Below, piece after piece: positions 14,209 to 27,906 of a stretch of 64,000 bases of DNA. The stretch lies in the NCBI RefSeq assembly GCF_009914755.1, contig NC_060928.1; one strand, written 5' to 3'. The notes beneath the pieces were generated by a model. That model saw only the letters and a program-made list of their open reading frames with translations. It was not told the DNA's origin and did not search any database. The DNA is from the human T2T-CHM13v2.0 reference genome, Homo sapiens. Every line of letters starts with the position of its first letter. The first letter of the stretch is position 1. The translations under genes and the position numbers were made by a program.

Positions 14209-15037
14209 CAATTGAACAAGCAAAAATCAAATAATCCCGTTAAAAATGTGCGAAAGACATGAACACACACTTCTCAAAAGAAGACATGCAAGCAGACAAC
14301 AAACATGAAAAAATACTCAACATCACTAATTATCAGAGCACAATGAGATAACATCTCACAGTCAGAATGGCTGTTATAAGCAAAAAAAATAACAGACGCT
14401 AGTGAGGCTGCAGAGAAAAGGGAATGCTTGTATTACCATTGATGGGAAAGTAAATTATTTCAGCCAGTTTGGAGAGTTCTCAAAGAATTTAAAACAGATC
14501 TTCCATTTGGCCCAGTATTCCTATTATTGGGTATGTAGCAAAATAAAAACAAATCATTCTACCAAAAAGACACATGCACTTGTATGTTCATTACAGCACT
14601 ATTCACAATAGCAAAAACATGAAATCAACATAGATGTCCATCAGCAGCCATGAAAAAGCATAACTCAGCTCTAAAGAAGAAAATCATGTCCCTTCTTAGC
14701 AACATAGATGCTGCTGAGGGCCATTATCATAAGTGAATTAATGCAGGAACAGAAAATCAAATATTGCATGTTCTCATTTATAAGGGGGAGCTAAACTTTG
14801 GGTACTCATGGACATAAAGATGGCAACAATAGACAACTGGGGCCTATTAGAGTGGGGAGGGATGGAGGGGAGCAAGGGTTGAAAAACTATTGGTTGTCAT
14901 GCTCTCTACCTGGGTGGTGTGATCAGTTATACCCCAAACTTCAGCATCATGCATTATACCCAGGTAACAAACCTGCACATGTACCCCTGAATCGAAAATA
15001 CAAGTTTAAATTACAAAAAAAGTAAAAAATAAAAATG
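14209..15037 (+). mobile_element. 5'-truncated L1 (L1PA15/16-like 3' end)
   Basis: End of ORF2, 3' UTR and A-rich tail. 13-bp TSD AAAATCAGTTTAT at 14196-14208 and 15038-15050. Confidence 0.88.
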
Positions 15038-17994
15038 AAAATCAGTTTATGCAAAGAGAATCTGGGGAAGCAGACAACAATCTTAATCTTTTAAATAGAA
15101 CAGTCTTCTGGTTTTATCTAGATCAACTCCCAACACTACCTGTTTTCTAGCCTAGTGACTTGATATTACTTTTATATAATTTGATATTAATTCCGAAGGA
15201 ATGGGAGAGATGGCTTTCTGCCATAGAGAAGCAAATAATACACCCTTGCGAACATCTAGTTTGATAATATGGCTTTATTATAAAAAATCAGGATTGGCCT
15301 CTATGGGAAATTGTTCTTTACAATTATGCTGAAAGAAGTGGCTCAGCACTAATTATATAAAACTAAAATCACTGTCTTTGGCAGGCATTTTCTGACACCC
15401 AAAGGTCTGTATTACATAATTGCAAAAAAAAAAAAAAAAAGTCAACTAGTTTAGCTAATTTTGCAGTTAATTCTTCCTGCCAGGGATACAGAAAAACCAC
15501 TCTCTTTAGGATGAGATTATCCACAGGAGCCTTTACTGCATTTTTAAAGACACTGGTGGGATATTGTTACACCTGCCTTGAACATTTTCCAGGCCTAAGT
15601 GTTTGGCACAGAACTCCAGGGACTCAATGGGGTCTGGTCATGCACTGGAAAAGATCCAGAGCTGATTTCTGAAATAAATTCTTTTTTGGTGGGGCTCAGG
15701 TGGCCCATCTCCAAGCAGAGTTGATGAAACCTCCCATTTTTGATGGGCATGGTAGTCACAGCAACAAACATTTACGGAGCACATCTTTTGGCAGGCATCA
15801 TGCTAGGTGCGGGTCGAACTCCTTCAATGCCAGCCCTGCCATCTGCTCTCCTGATTACATAGCAGAAGGATCCTTTATCAGCCAGTACTAAAGAGTCTTA
15901 TGCTCCTGGTCCTCATCAGAGAGTGCAGCCTCCAGTGGTTTGCTCTTCAGTTCCCATTAAATGCCCAGCTGAGAGAAGCGATAGAAGTCATTTATATAGT
16001 ATTCATCCTTCTCAATCCTCTATGTATCTGGCCTTTTACTGTCACATCACATCAGCTTGGTCCCTACCACTTTACAAAGGTGCATTTTGATGTGCCTTGG
16101 CTTGTTTTTCTATTTGAAATCATCAATCACTAAAAGAAACACCCACTTGGAATTGAATGCTGTGTTTACTCCAAAAACTGAATAAGTTAATACAGCAAAT
16201 ACTTATTGATTGATTATCTATGGTGCACTACACAAAATGCTGTGTGCCCGAAGAAGTCATAGCCCCTGAAATCACCACTGGACTTGCTGTGCAGTGGAGC
16301 AAAATGTGATCTGAGAGCACAAAGAAGGAATTGACTGATTTTGTCTGGGAAAATAAAGAAAGCTTTATTGAGCAGGTGACATTTAAATTGGGTTTGAAAG
16401 GATGCATACGAGTTTCCCAAGAGGTGGTGGAAGAAAGATAGAAGAAATATCAGGAAAAAAATGGAGCATGTGTAAAGGCATAAAATCTCATGCAAGGACC
16501 TAGGATGTCCAGGAGAAGGAGAGAAATTCAGGGTATGAGAAGCTTATTATATCAAAAGACAGGGCTAAGAATATTGGTGCAATCAAATAGTGAAGACACT
16601 TGTAGGCCATGCTAAAAAGAGTTTGGGTTTTACCCTAATCACTAGAAGATACTCTAACAAGTAGTATGAGGTAAACAATAATATTTATTTATCTTTACAG
16701 AAGATAAATAAATGGCAGGGAAGCAGTTAAGTGAGAGGGAAAAGGAGCCTGGTTTAAGTTAGAAGAAGGGATAAAAACTGGTAGTGGTTGGATGTAGGAG
16801 CCATTTCTGTAATAACATTTATTTGAAAACAATATTTTTATGGTTACCAAAAAAGCAAGAATACTATTTATTATGTCAACCAGTCCATCCAAAGTTTTAT
16901 GCAAGATATTGTTATATTGTTTAGACTACTGTGCTTAGAAAACTGTTTCATCTAAAAAGCTAACTCAGAATCAAATTTAAGGCTCACCCATAGCTACCAT
17001 TTTGAGATTTATTTAGAGTATTTCCTATAAATTTCCATTAAATTTCTATTTTATTATACTATGTTATAGATCTTTTATTGCAAGCTACTTTCTTAGTAAG
17101 ATGAGGTGGTTTATGACTAAATATAAATTAAAATAAATAAAACTATATATTATATATGTATATATGTGCATTCACATATAAATATATGTGTATATATACA
17201 TTAAAATTTATATTTCTTTTTGGTTAATGTGAACTTTATTTTTAGTCCTTCTGGGCTCCTCAGAAATGTTTAAGTTAATAGTTTCAAATGTTGATGTCCC
17301 ATGTGGAATTCCAGACCCTGGATATCCGTACACAGATAGCTAAAATCTGTGTGGCTTTAAAAATTTTGAGAAAAACTACTTAAATGTTTGATTGTTTTCT
17401 TTTTTGATAATAGTGTTTAGAAACTCTTGACTTAGCAATTCTTCCCTAAGACCTAACAGAGTATGCTAAATACAAGCTGATTTATATCACTTTATTGTTT
17501 TCTTTAGCTTATTGTGTAAAATAGATTGCTTATGCCATGGCATGCTGTCTCACCTATGTTCCTTCCAGGGCATCAACCCAAACTGCTATGCAGAGACTCT
17601 GCTAGGATGTTTTATTGAACATAGCTTTTCTTCTGATCTTGAATGGAGGGAAATGGTGACTACGAAAGGACATGTACATATAATAATATTTGGTAGCATT
17701 ATTGTCCCTATTAGTTGCCCTCCCTCATTCTCTCTGTGTGCTTGGTCAACTGCTATTCTTGCTAAAGATAAAAACTTAATGATTGTTTTGTGGAGACAGC
17801 CTTCTCCTTTAACGAAAAATTTTTAACCAAAAATTTTATTAAATTTGCCTTACTACTTGTGTTCTTAGCATCTTGTAGCATGCCCCTTTTGTACTATTTT
17901 CAACAATTATAAATAAGTTTACATTTATTTGTGTAATCTTTTGTGTAAAGTCTGTCTCCCCCAAAAGTACATTTCCTCAGTAACGGGAAGCAGT

Positions 17995-18031
17995 TGTGTG
18001 TTTGTGTGTGTGTGTGTGTGTGTGCATGTGT
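17995..18031 (+). repeat. (TG)n microsatellite
   Basis: Interrupted TG run. Confidence 0.85.
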
Positions 18032-21000
18032 GGCTTTTTTGCTTATTGTATAGCTTTAACACAGCACAGTGCCTAATCCCTAATGGAGACTCAAAATAAT
18101 GTTGAATGAATGGATAAATGCATGAATGAGTACGGTAGCACACTTACACATTCATAGGTCATGTGGTAAGTGTTTTTCTGGCAATCTTAGTTGGCAGAGG
18201 CCTGATTTCTTTTCCTACCTTTTTTTATTCCTCAAAATGTGTATTTCTTCCTTGGTGATTCATAGATAAGGAAAAATTAAATAGATTACCTTATCTTCGT
18301 CTGTGAAGTTTGTTACATAAATGTAAAGCCAAGTGTCTTGTTCACATGTTACAGCTCACTGCTCTGAATTTTAAGTTGTAAAGTGTTTGAGCAAGGTAGA
18401 GTTTTTTCATGTATTGAAGGGTAATGAGATAGATTCTTTCCTGGCATATGCAATTATTCTAAATAACTGAATAAGATGCAATGCTGAGATTTATAAAGAA
18501 AGAACTTGGACATTTCATAGCTTCTCTGGCATGTTCATTCTGGGCGTGGAGTCACTGCAGTGAAAGCCTTCAATTCACTTGAGCTTCTTGGGCACCTAGT
18601 CAACAGTGAGTTCAAACCACAGTCTCTCATATACCCCAGACTAGGAGTTCTCTGTACCATTTTTCAATAATACAATTGTGCTGTATCAGTGAGCAGGCAG
18701 CTTGCAGGGTGCAATGGAAAGAGTATAGGTTTTGGAGTCAGCTCAACCTGAATTCAAGATCAACCCAAGCCTTGTACTGATTAACAGAAAGACTCTGGGC
18801 ATGCTCTTTATTCTCTTTAAACTTTAGTTTTTTTATTTAAAAAACTGAGATAGTTCCTTTCTTAAAAAATGCTTACTTCGCACCAATGCTTAGAAGAGTT
18901 CATGTTTGTAAAGCACTTAACACATTACTATTATCATTATTTTCAGGATTATATTAATTTTAAGAAAAAATCGATTCTGAACCAATTAAAAATATGGAAG
19001 AAATATTTCCATAGGTGTCGTGGAGGTCTTGATAAACTATGCCAAGTAATAGAGTAAATAATTTCCACTAGCATAGAATTGAATGGTGGAGTGTATGTAA
19101 AAACAAACTTATGTCTGACATTCTTAGCCAAATACCAACCAGGAAAAGATAATTTCCTAAGAATGTCAATGTGTAAGGAAATACACTCTCTTTTGTGGAC
19201 ACAGAGGTTTCTTTATAGATCAAGTAATAATTAGAATGTCTTTGATAAGAAAAAGTGTGGCAATGAGACCTTTGGAATATGCAAATGCAGGGAAAGCAGG
19301 GCAGATTGAGATTTACCCCGATAAATGCTCCAAACCTCAGCATGGGAGTGATCTGTAATATTTCCCTGAAATGTGCCAAGTAGGCTAAAATCTCTATTCT
19401 GCTATTGCTGCTGCTGCAGTTAGGATGAGAGAAGGCGATCATTTGATTTCCTTGTCCCCTGTAGGATCTTGCTGTTAGGCTTGGTAATGACAGGGTCAAG
19501 TGGAGGGCAGAGACATGGGACCCAGTAGGGAACAGGAGGCTTTGACTACTGTCAATGCTCAGCATGTGGCATGGGGACCAAAGGCCTGGTTCCAAGGGAA
19601 AGACCTGAGGGCAGGGCAGGTAGGGTTGTGGAGGCTGTGTTGAGTAGCAGTGGCTGGGTGAGGGAAGTAGGTATTCAGCTGCCTGTCCTCTGTTATGGAG
19701 CAGCTTTTTTCCAACCTTAAGCACTCATTACACCACCTGTATACTAGACACCCAGGTGTCTTGAAAATCAGTGACCATTATGCCTTTAAGTACTTTGCTT
19801 AACGTAAGCAAAGCCTGCATTTCTACTGCAATGTGGAATCTTCTCCCGTGGTAGTAATGCTGCAAGAGTTGTTTGTATTTAAGAATATTGAGACAGGTCC
19901 TTTCTTGGCATATGCGTTGTACTCTAAACAACTGACTAAGACACAATGCTATCATAAGAAAAGAGCCAGGTAGGAGATGTGTGATAGCTTTTCTGGTACA
20001 TTCATTTTGTTTGGAGTCATTGTGGGGAATTTTCTTTCATTTGAGAAAAATGGGGGCATATATTCTCTTTACTGCTTTAGTTCATGTATCAAATTCCCCA
20101 GAGTTCTTTCCCATTTTAACTTAGCTATCTCTTAAAAGAAATAGAATATAGCAAAAGTAAAATGTTACCAGTTATTACTACATTTAGGCTTTAATGTGTT
20201 GTCATGGTGCTTTCATTACCTTTGTTCTTACTTTAGAGGTTTCACGTCTGTATTCCTGGCCCAACTACCAATAAATGAAGAGATATAACTTGCCTCAGAG
20301 AGCAATATATATTCTCTGTAGCCCTGTGCGTTCGTTCATATTGCTTTTGAATGTATCAGTTTGACATTTTTTATGGTGATTATGATGACATAGGTTATAC
20401 AAGATAGACTGAAATAAAATGGAACCAAGAAGTAAATACTCCTATACTATAGGACTGTTTAACCTATTTTAGAAACCTCATCCAGTCTTTGAGGTCCAGA
20501 TCAAATGCCACCAACCTCAGAAAGCCTTCTCTACTCTCATAAAGTACAGTTTTCCTCCTCTTGTGATTTCCTAGCCTATCTTTGTTTATTCATTATTCAT
20601 TTGGCACTTATTTTTCATTCTACCCTGTGGGTTAGTTTTTTGTGCATTTACAAAAAAATACACTTTTACATAAATGTATATAGTAACCTCCATAAGAACT
20701 AGAACGTTTTTATTTTTTAAATGAGTCCTGCTTGGCACCCTGCTTAGCACAAGTAGGAATAAAAAATGTTTAGTGTGGGATTATATTTCTCCCTGTCTTG
20801 TTCACAGATCAAAAATTGATCCAATACCTATTCTGAGCCAGCAACTGTGCTGAACGCCTAGGAGACAGTGACAACAAGGCAGACATGGTCTCCGTCTTTG
20901 ATTAAAAATAATTACTCCAGTTTTTCCTTCTTCCTTCTCTATGGTTTTATGTTGGGAAGTAGAGTGGTAGAATGGGAAGCAGCTGGACAGGAGAGAAAAA

Positions 21001-21675
21001 TGGAGTAGTTCGAAGAAACACACATTGTCCCCTTTCTCACTTTCATAGTAATGTTTTAGAAGTTAAAAGCATCAGCTCTGGAGTGCATGCCCTACCTGTG
21101 TTTAAATTTTCTCTCTGTGTCTTCTCTGGGTGGCCTTGGAATTGTTATTTAATCTCACTGAGGCTCAATATCTGCAAATAATAGAGTCTGCTACGGCAAA
21201 GGAGATGATATTTATGCCAAACTCAAAATATCTGCTTAAGTAGTGTTGGTAGTCATTATCATTATTGTTGCTGTTAGCTGCTGCTATCTTTACATGCATG
21301 GCTGTTAAGGAGGGCCATGTCTAGTACTGCTTGGAGTAAGGTAGAGATAACCGAGGGTGGGAATTTGCTCCAAGGATTCCTTTCCCAGATGGTAGACTGG
21401 CTCCAGGCTCCCTAAACAATCCTGAAGAGTATGCTGGCCCTTTCTGTATTTGGACTTAAACCTAACTGTTGTGGGTTTCCTGGAGCTTGCCTCCTGCTGG
21501 CAGCCCTCCTCTTACCTGAGGTAAGACTTACTAGATGGAAGAGTATGTGGCAGTAAGGAAAAATGTCTTCTTCTCTTTGGCATCCTAGTTGTACATTTAC
21601 TCAGCTCCAAAGGGAAGAACTGTGCTCAGTATTTTGTGGGTTAAGCTTTCCTTGTTAGAACTTTATTTTCTCAAA

Positions 21676-21682
21676 TACTAAC
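21676..21682 (+). promoter_or_regulatory. Branch point of the intron before exon 3 (TACTAAC)
   Basis: Perfect TACTAAC with the branch A about 40 nt upstream of the acceptor and no AG in between. Confidence 0.75.
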
Positions 21683-21720
21683 AAAAATGGATTTTTCTCC
21701 CTACTCTCTCTCGTTAATAG

Positions 21721-21786
21721 GGTGCTGAGAAAATTTTGTCAATGAATGAATCAGGAGAACTGCAAGACATCCTAACCAAAATTGAG
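21721..21786 (+). CDS. GRXCR1: GRXCR1 internal coding exon (exon 3), GAEKILSMNESGELQDILTKIE, end of the glutaredoxin-like domain
   Basis: Pyrimidine tract and TAG acceptor ending at 21720, then 66 nt in phase 0, then donor GAG|GTAAAT. The translation matches the recalled GRXCR1 sequence and joins in frame to the exon at 31739. Too short to appear in the ORF track. Confidence 0.95.
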
Positions 21787-24700
21787 GTAAATGTGCTTTC
21801 AGCAACTTAGTTTTAGTAATCAAAATATTAAACACATTCTGATTATAATTGAGTTTTCCTAATTGAATTCTCTCTCCCCATGTTCTTACAAATATGCAAT
21901 AGGATACATGTGGCAGTTTTAATTTGATATCTTCTGTTATTAGGTTTGTTGCAGCTAGAGTGACTTTAATGTTAACTTCTAATGATCTCATACTATTAGG
22001 TGAGTGTTATGGTCAGCTTTATTTGATCCCAACTCTCTGTAATACAGACGTTGATGAGGTGTTTCAAGTCAGGAAATGGTCTTGATGCACATTAAAATTT
22101 TTCATTGAAACAACTTTATTTTTCCCATGGATCTTCCTACATATAGAAGAGCTTACTACATCATTTATAAAGATTAAAGAAAAACTTGTGTCTCCAAAAA
22201 GCACATTTTAATTTGTATTCCTGTGCTTATACATATAGCATCAGAGAAATACTTATTCAAATACTTATAAAATTAACATGCAACCGGAAAGCCCTTATTA
22301 CCTCACTGCTAAATTATTTTATCAGATTGTTTCTCCCTATTTGTAAGAAGATTCTATATTTCATTGTCCTGAATGGGACACTTTGAGAGTAAAAAGTATG
22401 CGTTAGTAATTGTTCTGGGACAGCAAATGTGAAACAGGACTTTCCAGGAGAAATAGGTCATATGGTTATCCAGTATCTATATGTCACTACTGGTTATTAT
22501 TGCTCTAGTCTTTGCTAACCTAATTTCTGATTCTCTACCATTCCTTCCACTCTAGATAAAAGAAAGGACTATGTGGCTTCTCATGCTTTCTTACTACTAT
22601 CCCTTTGTGCAAGTTGTTCTGTCTGCCTAGAATGATATTGTTCCAATTCCTCATTTCCCTCCACCATTTTCAAGGCCCATCTTCAGTATCAGTTCTTCCA
22701 ATATTCATTTCTGATCTCCCCTGCCTTTGAATTCCTATAACCCTCTTTTTAGGGGCCTTATAAAAGTCTTTTTTGTATTACCTTTCTTTTAGTATTTGAC
22801 TCATGTCCCAAATGAACTAGATGCTCCTTGATTGAACGATTCATGTTTTATTCATATTGTGACCTTTCCCAGAAGGAAAACAATGGATTCATTCATTCAA
22901 CAAACATTTATTAAGTATCTACTGTTTACAGGTACTTTGCTAAGGGAGACAACAATGTCCTCTCAATGTACTGCAGACCTATAGAAATAACTCAAAATCA
23001 TTTTTTATCAGTTTTTGTCGTAATACAAACAATAGAGTATGTTTAGACATTGTGGTTCAATGAGGATGATGGGCAGAAATATAGTGCTTATACGGGAGGA
23101 GAATGCTTGGGCTTTAGCAAAATAATTTACTATGGTCTGATTCTAAATTCAAAAGCCATGCGATACATACAGAGAGTAAATTTGTTTTTGTAAAATGTTT
23201 TAAATCTCCTTTTTTCCATAATTTATAATTTCTGAAGTATTATGACTTGGAAATCAGAAGATTTTTAGCTCCTTCCTCAGCTCTGCTTCTGGCTGTGTGA
23301 CTTTGGGCATAACCTTTCACCTGCCAGTATCTTGATTTCTTTATCTATTAAATCGGGGTGTGTACTTGCTCCTCTTAAAACTCCTCTTAGCTAAAAAAGC
23401 TGTATGAATGGATCTATTTATTTCTTTCTGTTCTCATATACTACCCCAATCCTGTGAAGTCATTCACTTACATTATTATATACCTTTTTATTTAAACAAT
23501 TTGGTTTATGTGTATTATTCTCTGTACACACTTTAAACTAATTTAAATTGTATTATGCAGTATCATTGATCTATTTACTTCTTGTTGCATCAATATCATA
23601 CTATTTTAATTCTATGGTTTAAGAGCATCTTTTAGGATCTTACAGGATGAATATCCTTAATTGCTTTTCTTTGTACAGATTGATGACTGATTTAGCTATT
23701 CTGAACTTTTATTCCATTGAGTCTGTAATTCTTCAATTCTACAACTTGATCAACAGTACCATGGTAGATAATCTCTCTCTCTCCATCAGCTCAAAAACTT
23801 TGGAAAAGAAGATGTTTTTCTCTTCATTAAGTCTGTCTCCATTCTACAGATGACATAAATAAGGCACAAATACTTTAAGTTATTTTTAATGTTCAAAATA
23901 ATGGTATGGCATTGGCTTTCTACTGTTATAGGAACTCTGCGGTGCCATCACTATGTTCGGCTGCTTTGGGATATAGTAAAACTGGTGGAGAATTTGTAGT
24001 CAATCAAGAAAACCCAGAACTCTGCCTGAGAGGTAGCTGGAGTTTAAGAGGAAGTAAAGAGACCAGGTGAAATGAAGCACTGGGAGAGCCATGCAAAGAG
24101 GATAAGGGATACAAAATACAGATCCAAACCGATCCCACTTTTCTGGTTGGCTTTTGACAGTAGAGTAGGAGTTCAATTTTCATGATGCAGGAAACATTTC
24201 AGTCCTTACTATATAGCAAGATATATTCCCGGCATTTTATATGTATTAAATCATTGAAAGCTCACAACTCTGCTAAATGAGTTCTCTTATTATCCCCACT
24301 TTACTGGCAAGGGAATGGAGGTACAGAAAGACAAAATCACTTGCTCAAGAGTGTTTAGGTAGTCAGTATTTGATTTATGATTCTAATCAGTCTGACTCCA
24401 AACCCATGATGTTAATTAACTATGAACCTATGCTGCCATGACTCTCAAATTAAGTGGCATGTAGGTATCTAGGAAATCTGACTATACTGTGGCAGGACAC
24501 AAAACCTGGGTTAGTAGTTTCCTAGGAGGTAAGCTAGTAAAGATGTTAGGTCCAGGGAATAGGCTGGGTTTTGACACAGGGCTCTAACACTAGACATATC
24601 CTGGAAAGTTCTAGTTTGCTGTTACTTGGGTTGCTACATGGTAGTTTATGACCACTCCTGGTCCTCATAATTCAGGTTCCAGTTTCTAGCAGTTATTTCA

Positions 24701-27071
24701 AGTGATGCTGAAGAGAGAGGCTTAGCAGCTGTGGTTGGGCCATCAGAAATGGAGTCAGAAAATAATTCCAGATTTTTTGTGCACCAAGAATCTTATCATA
24801 TATCCCACCCAACTGAAAATTGCTGGGGAAGCTGAGTCGATCTGATTTGTTGATGAAGATTATTAGTGGCCTCAAACGTGAGGAGCTGGCCAAAGGCAGC
24901 AGAAGCTAGTAACACATGTGATAGCTTCTATGGAGATCTGGTCTCAGTAGAGTTGGTTGTACCAATGGGGACTGTGTTCCTGAAATGACAGTTTGCAGGT
25001 AATCTTCCCACTGAGATGTGAGCTCCATGTGAACACAGATGTTCATTTCTTTTTATTATTTACTTCTAGTGCCTAGAACAGGGATTGGTATATCCCAGGC
25101 ATACATAAATATTTTCTGAGGGAATAAATAAATGACTTCTCTTTCATCCAAAGCTTTTTTGGAGGAGGCAAAGCATTCAAGAGATGAAAAGAAAGAGAAA
25201 ATTATTATTTTATATAAAAGAATGTGTGGCTGAAAGGATGAATGAAACCACCATCTTTTTGGTAAATGATATTTATTTATGTTAATAAATAGGCTAAAAA
25301 TGAGAAGCAACGAAGTGTCTAAGGAGTCCTCACAATACAATAACCAAGATGGATAGCTAATTCTGCTGGTGTCCATGCAGGGAGAGCCAGGGGAGTGCTG
25401 AGATATATTACCATACCACTGGTTCTGGCAGACACTGAATTAAAGATCTCAGATGGCAGAGAAGCTCCAAGTAAGCTTTGCCTTGTTATTTTTTTGAAGA
25501 TATGAGTAAATAGTTTTGTTGCCATTTGTACTGAGATTGCCAACATAGTGTCCATTTTCTGTCCTTTTTTTTTTTTTTTTTTTTTTTTTGGTAAAGCTTA
25601 TAAAAATTACTTAATCTGATTCTCCCCTGAGGGCTGGTAACCACTTATTTGTTCATGAAGAACGGAGCAAAGATTCCCGGCTACACACTTAGTATGTCAA
25701 AAATGGCACAGACTGTCTGTGCAAGGTATTGGAGCTGTCAGAGACTGTCCTGAGGTTCCCTGGAGAAGTATAGCTCTGTATGATGGTCCTTCCTAGGGGA
25801 AAGGGGGTGGCCATAGCCTGTTCTGAGGCTACAGCCATAGAAACCACCTATAGATTCACCTGGGGAATCAGGCCATGTCATCTGCTTCTCTCTGAAATAA
25901 AAACATCTATTTAAGTAGGTTTATGGCAGTTCATCCCATCTGGTTTAAGAATCAGGCTCCTATATCCAGGCTTATACATTTAGAATTATGAACTACAAAT
26001 TTCCCTTGTCTGCATTTTGTTCAGTGGCTTCTTTCTCAACTCTGCAAATTAAGGATGCCGGAAACACTGATGATCAGAAAAGATTCTATTTATTTTTTTA
26101 GCAGCTTGGTCAGGCAGAGGGGTGTTTAGTAGGCATTTAAGAGTTTGCTGAATTAAATTTTTGAATCTAGTTTAAAACAAAATACATAGACCAAGATGAA
26201 TCATCCAGAGATGATTATAATGCCAAGCGTGTACTCTGACAATTTGTTTTATGGGTAATACTGCTTCATAGACAATCTGGATAATGAGGTGTATTGTCAT
26301 AGAGGGTCAAATAAGTTGCTTCCTCTTTGATAGGATACTTAACGGACTTTCAAGCTCTATTGGAATAGGATTTGATGATCTGAGGTTAAAAATAATAAGA
26401 GCTTCATTTCCTGATCTCAAAGAAGACATGAAGACTCTTGATCTTAGCATCCTGTTTCTATATTGCATAACTGGGGGTAAACTTACATCTTGAAATTTGA
26501 GTTTCAAATTTCCTTTGCTACAAAGGAAGTCTATTTCACAATCATTCATAAACTCTGCCATTATCTTTGTCGTTTGTCGTTTTTGTCCTTTGTTAGAGAC
26601 ACAATACATTTCGTGTGCTTTAGTTGAGATGACTGCAATATGGAGCAGACCTATCCAAGACTCAGGGGTGAGGCTGAGATGTACTACTAGGAAAGCAGAG
26701 AAGTGTCTGGTTTACTGCTATATTCCCATTGCCTTACACAGTGCCTGGCTAGTGAATACTCAATATATATTTGTGGAATGGAATGAATAAGTAAAAGGTC
26801 TCACTCACTGAGTATCTATCTTTTAAAACTCACTCACAGGAATAAATGAACAGAAAGAGGTAAAGTGGAGGGTGATTTCTCATTCTTTTTCTCTTGAGCT
26901 CCACTCCAAAGTGACTTGTCTCAACCCAAACCACTATTCAGAGGAGAGGAGACACAGTCTGTAGATTCAGTACTCTGTGTGCTATTCTCAACCAGGTCTG
27001 CCTGGATTCTTAATTGCTTGCAGGTCAACGTTTCCGCAGCAGTCAATCTCTTCATTGAAAGTGGAAGTCAG

Positions 27072-27429
<358 letters not shown>

Positions 27430-27786
27430 TTAGTAATGTTACTAATAATTAGTAATATTATTAGTAAAGTAGAAGTCTGTTTCATCAACTTCAGTTATTC
27501 AGTTATTCCTCCAACTCCAAACTTTGTCCGTGTTCTTTGGGAAATTCCTAGCTCTTTTTCTATCTTGATCTGTGGGCAAAACTGTCTACAGAAGGGTTAG
27601 ACTTCAGAGCAACACTAATATAAGAGCATCCAATATAACCCAACTGGGTTTTCTTTGTACAGAACCCTCTAAATTAGGACCAGACTTCCAGTATAACAAA
27701 TTGCTCTTTGAAAGACATGGCTAGGCATGACTAAATTATTTATTCTTATTAGAATAATAAATAGCATAAATTGTGCTGGAAGATGT

Positions 27787-27906
27787 AGCAAGAATGAGAT
27801 TCCTGGGTGCTGAGGGGGCACTGGGGAGCTTTAGTGGGTTGCCTCAAGCAAGAATGAGATTCCTGGGTGCTGAGGGGTCACTGGGGAGCTTTAGTGGGTT
27901 GCCTGA
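27787..27906. repeat. Tandem duplication, 2 x 60 bp
   Basis: AGCAAGAATGAGATTCCTGGGTGCTGAGGGG[G/T]CACTGGGGAGCTTTAGTGGGTTGCCT[C/G]A repeated twice. Confidence 0.95.

Noticed and set aside
19068-19724. 218-aa minus-strand ORF, the longest in the track
   Set aside because: No recognisable domain and a non-ATG start, antisense within an intron. A chance ORF is most likely; PhyloCSF or Ribo-seq evidence would be needed.
25330-25476. Possible cryptic exon ending CAA|GTAAGC
   Set aside because: No convincing upstream pyrimidine tract or acceptor.
27787-27906. CRISPR-like array or other prokaryotic system
   Set aside because: Only two adjacent units with no spacers; the window is mammalian DNA.
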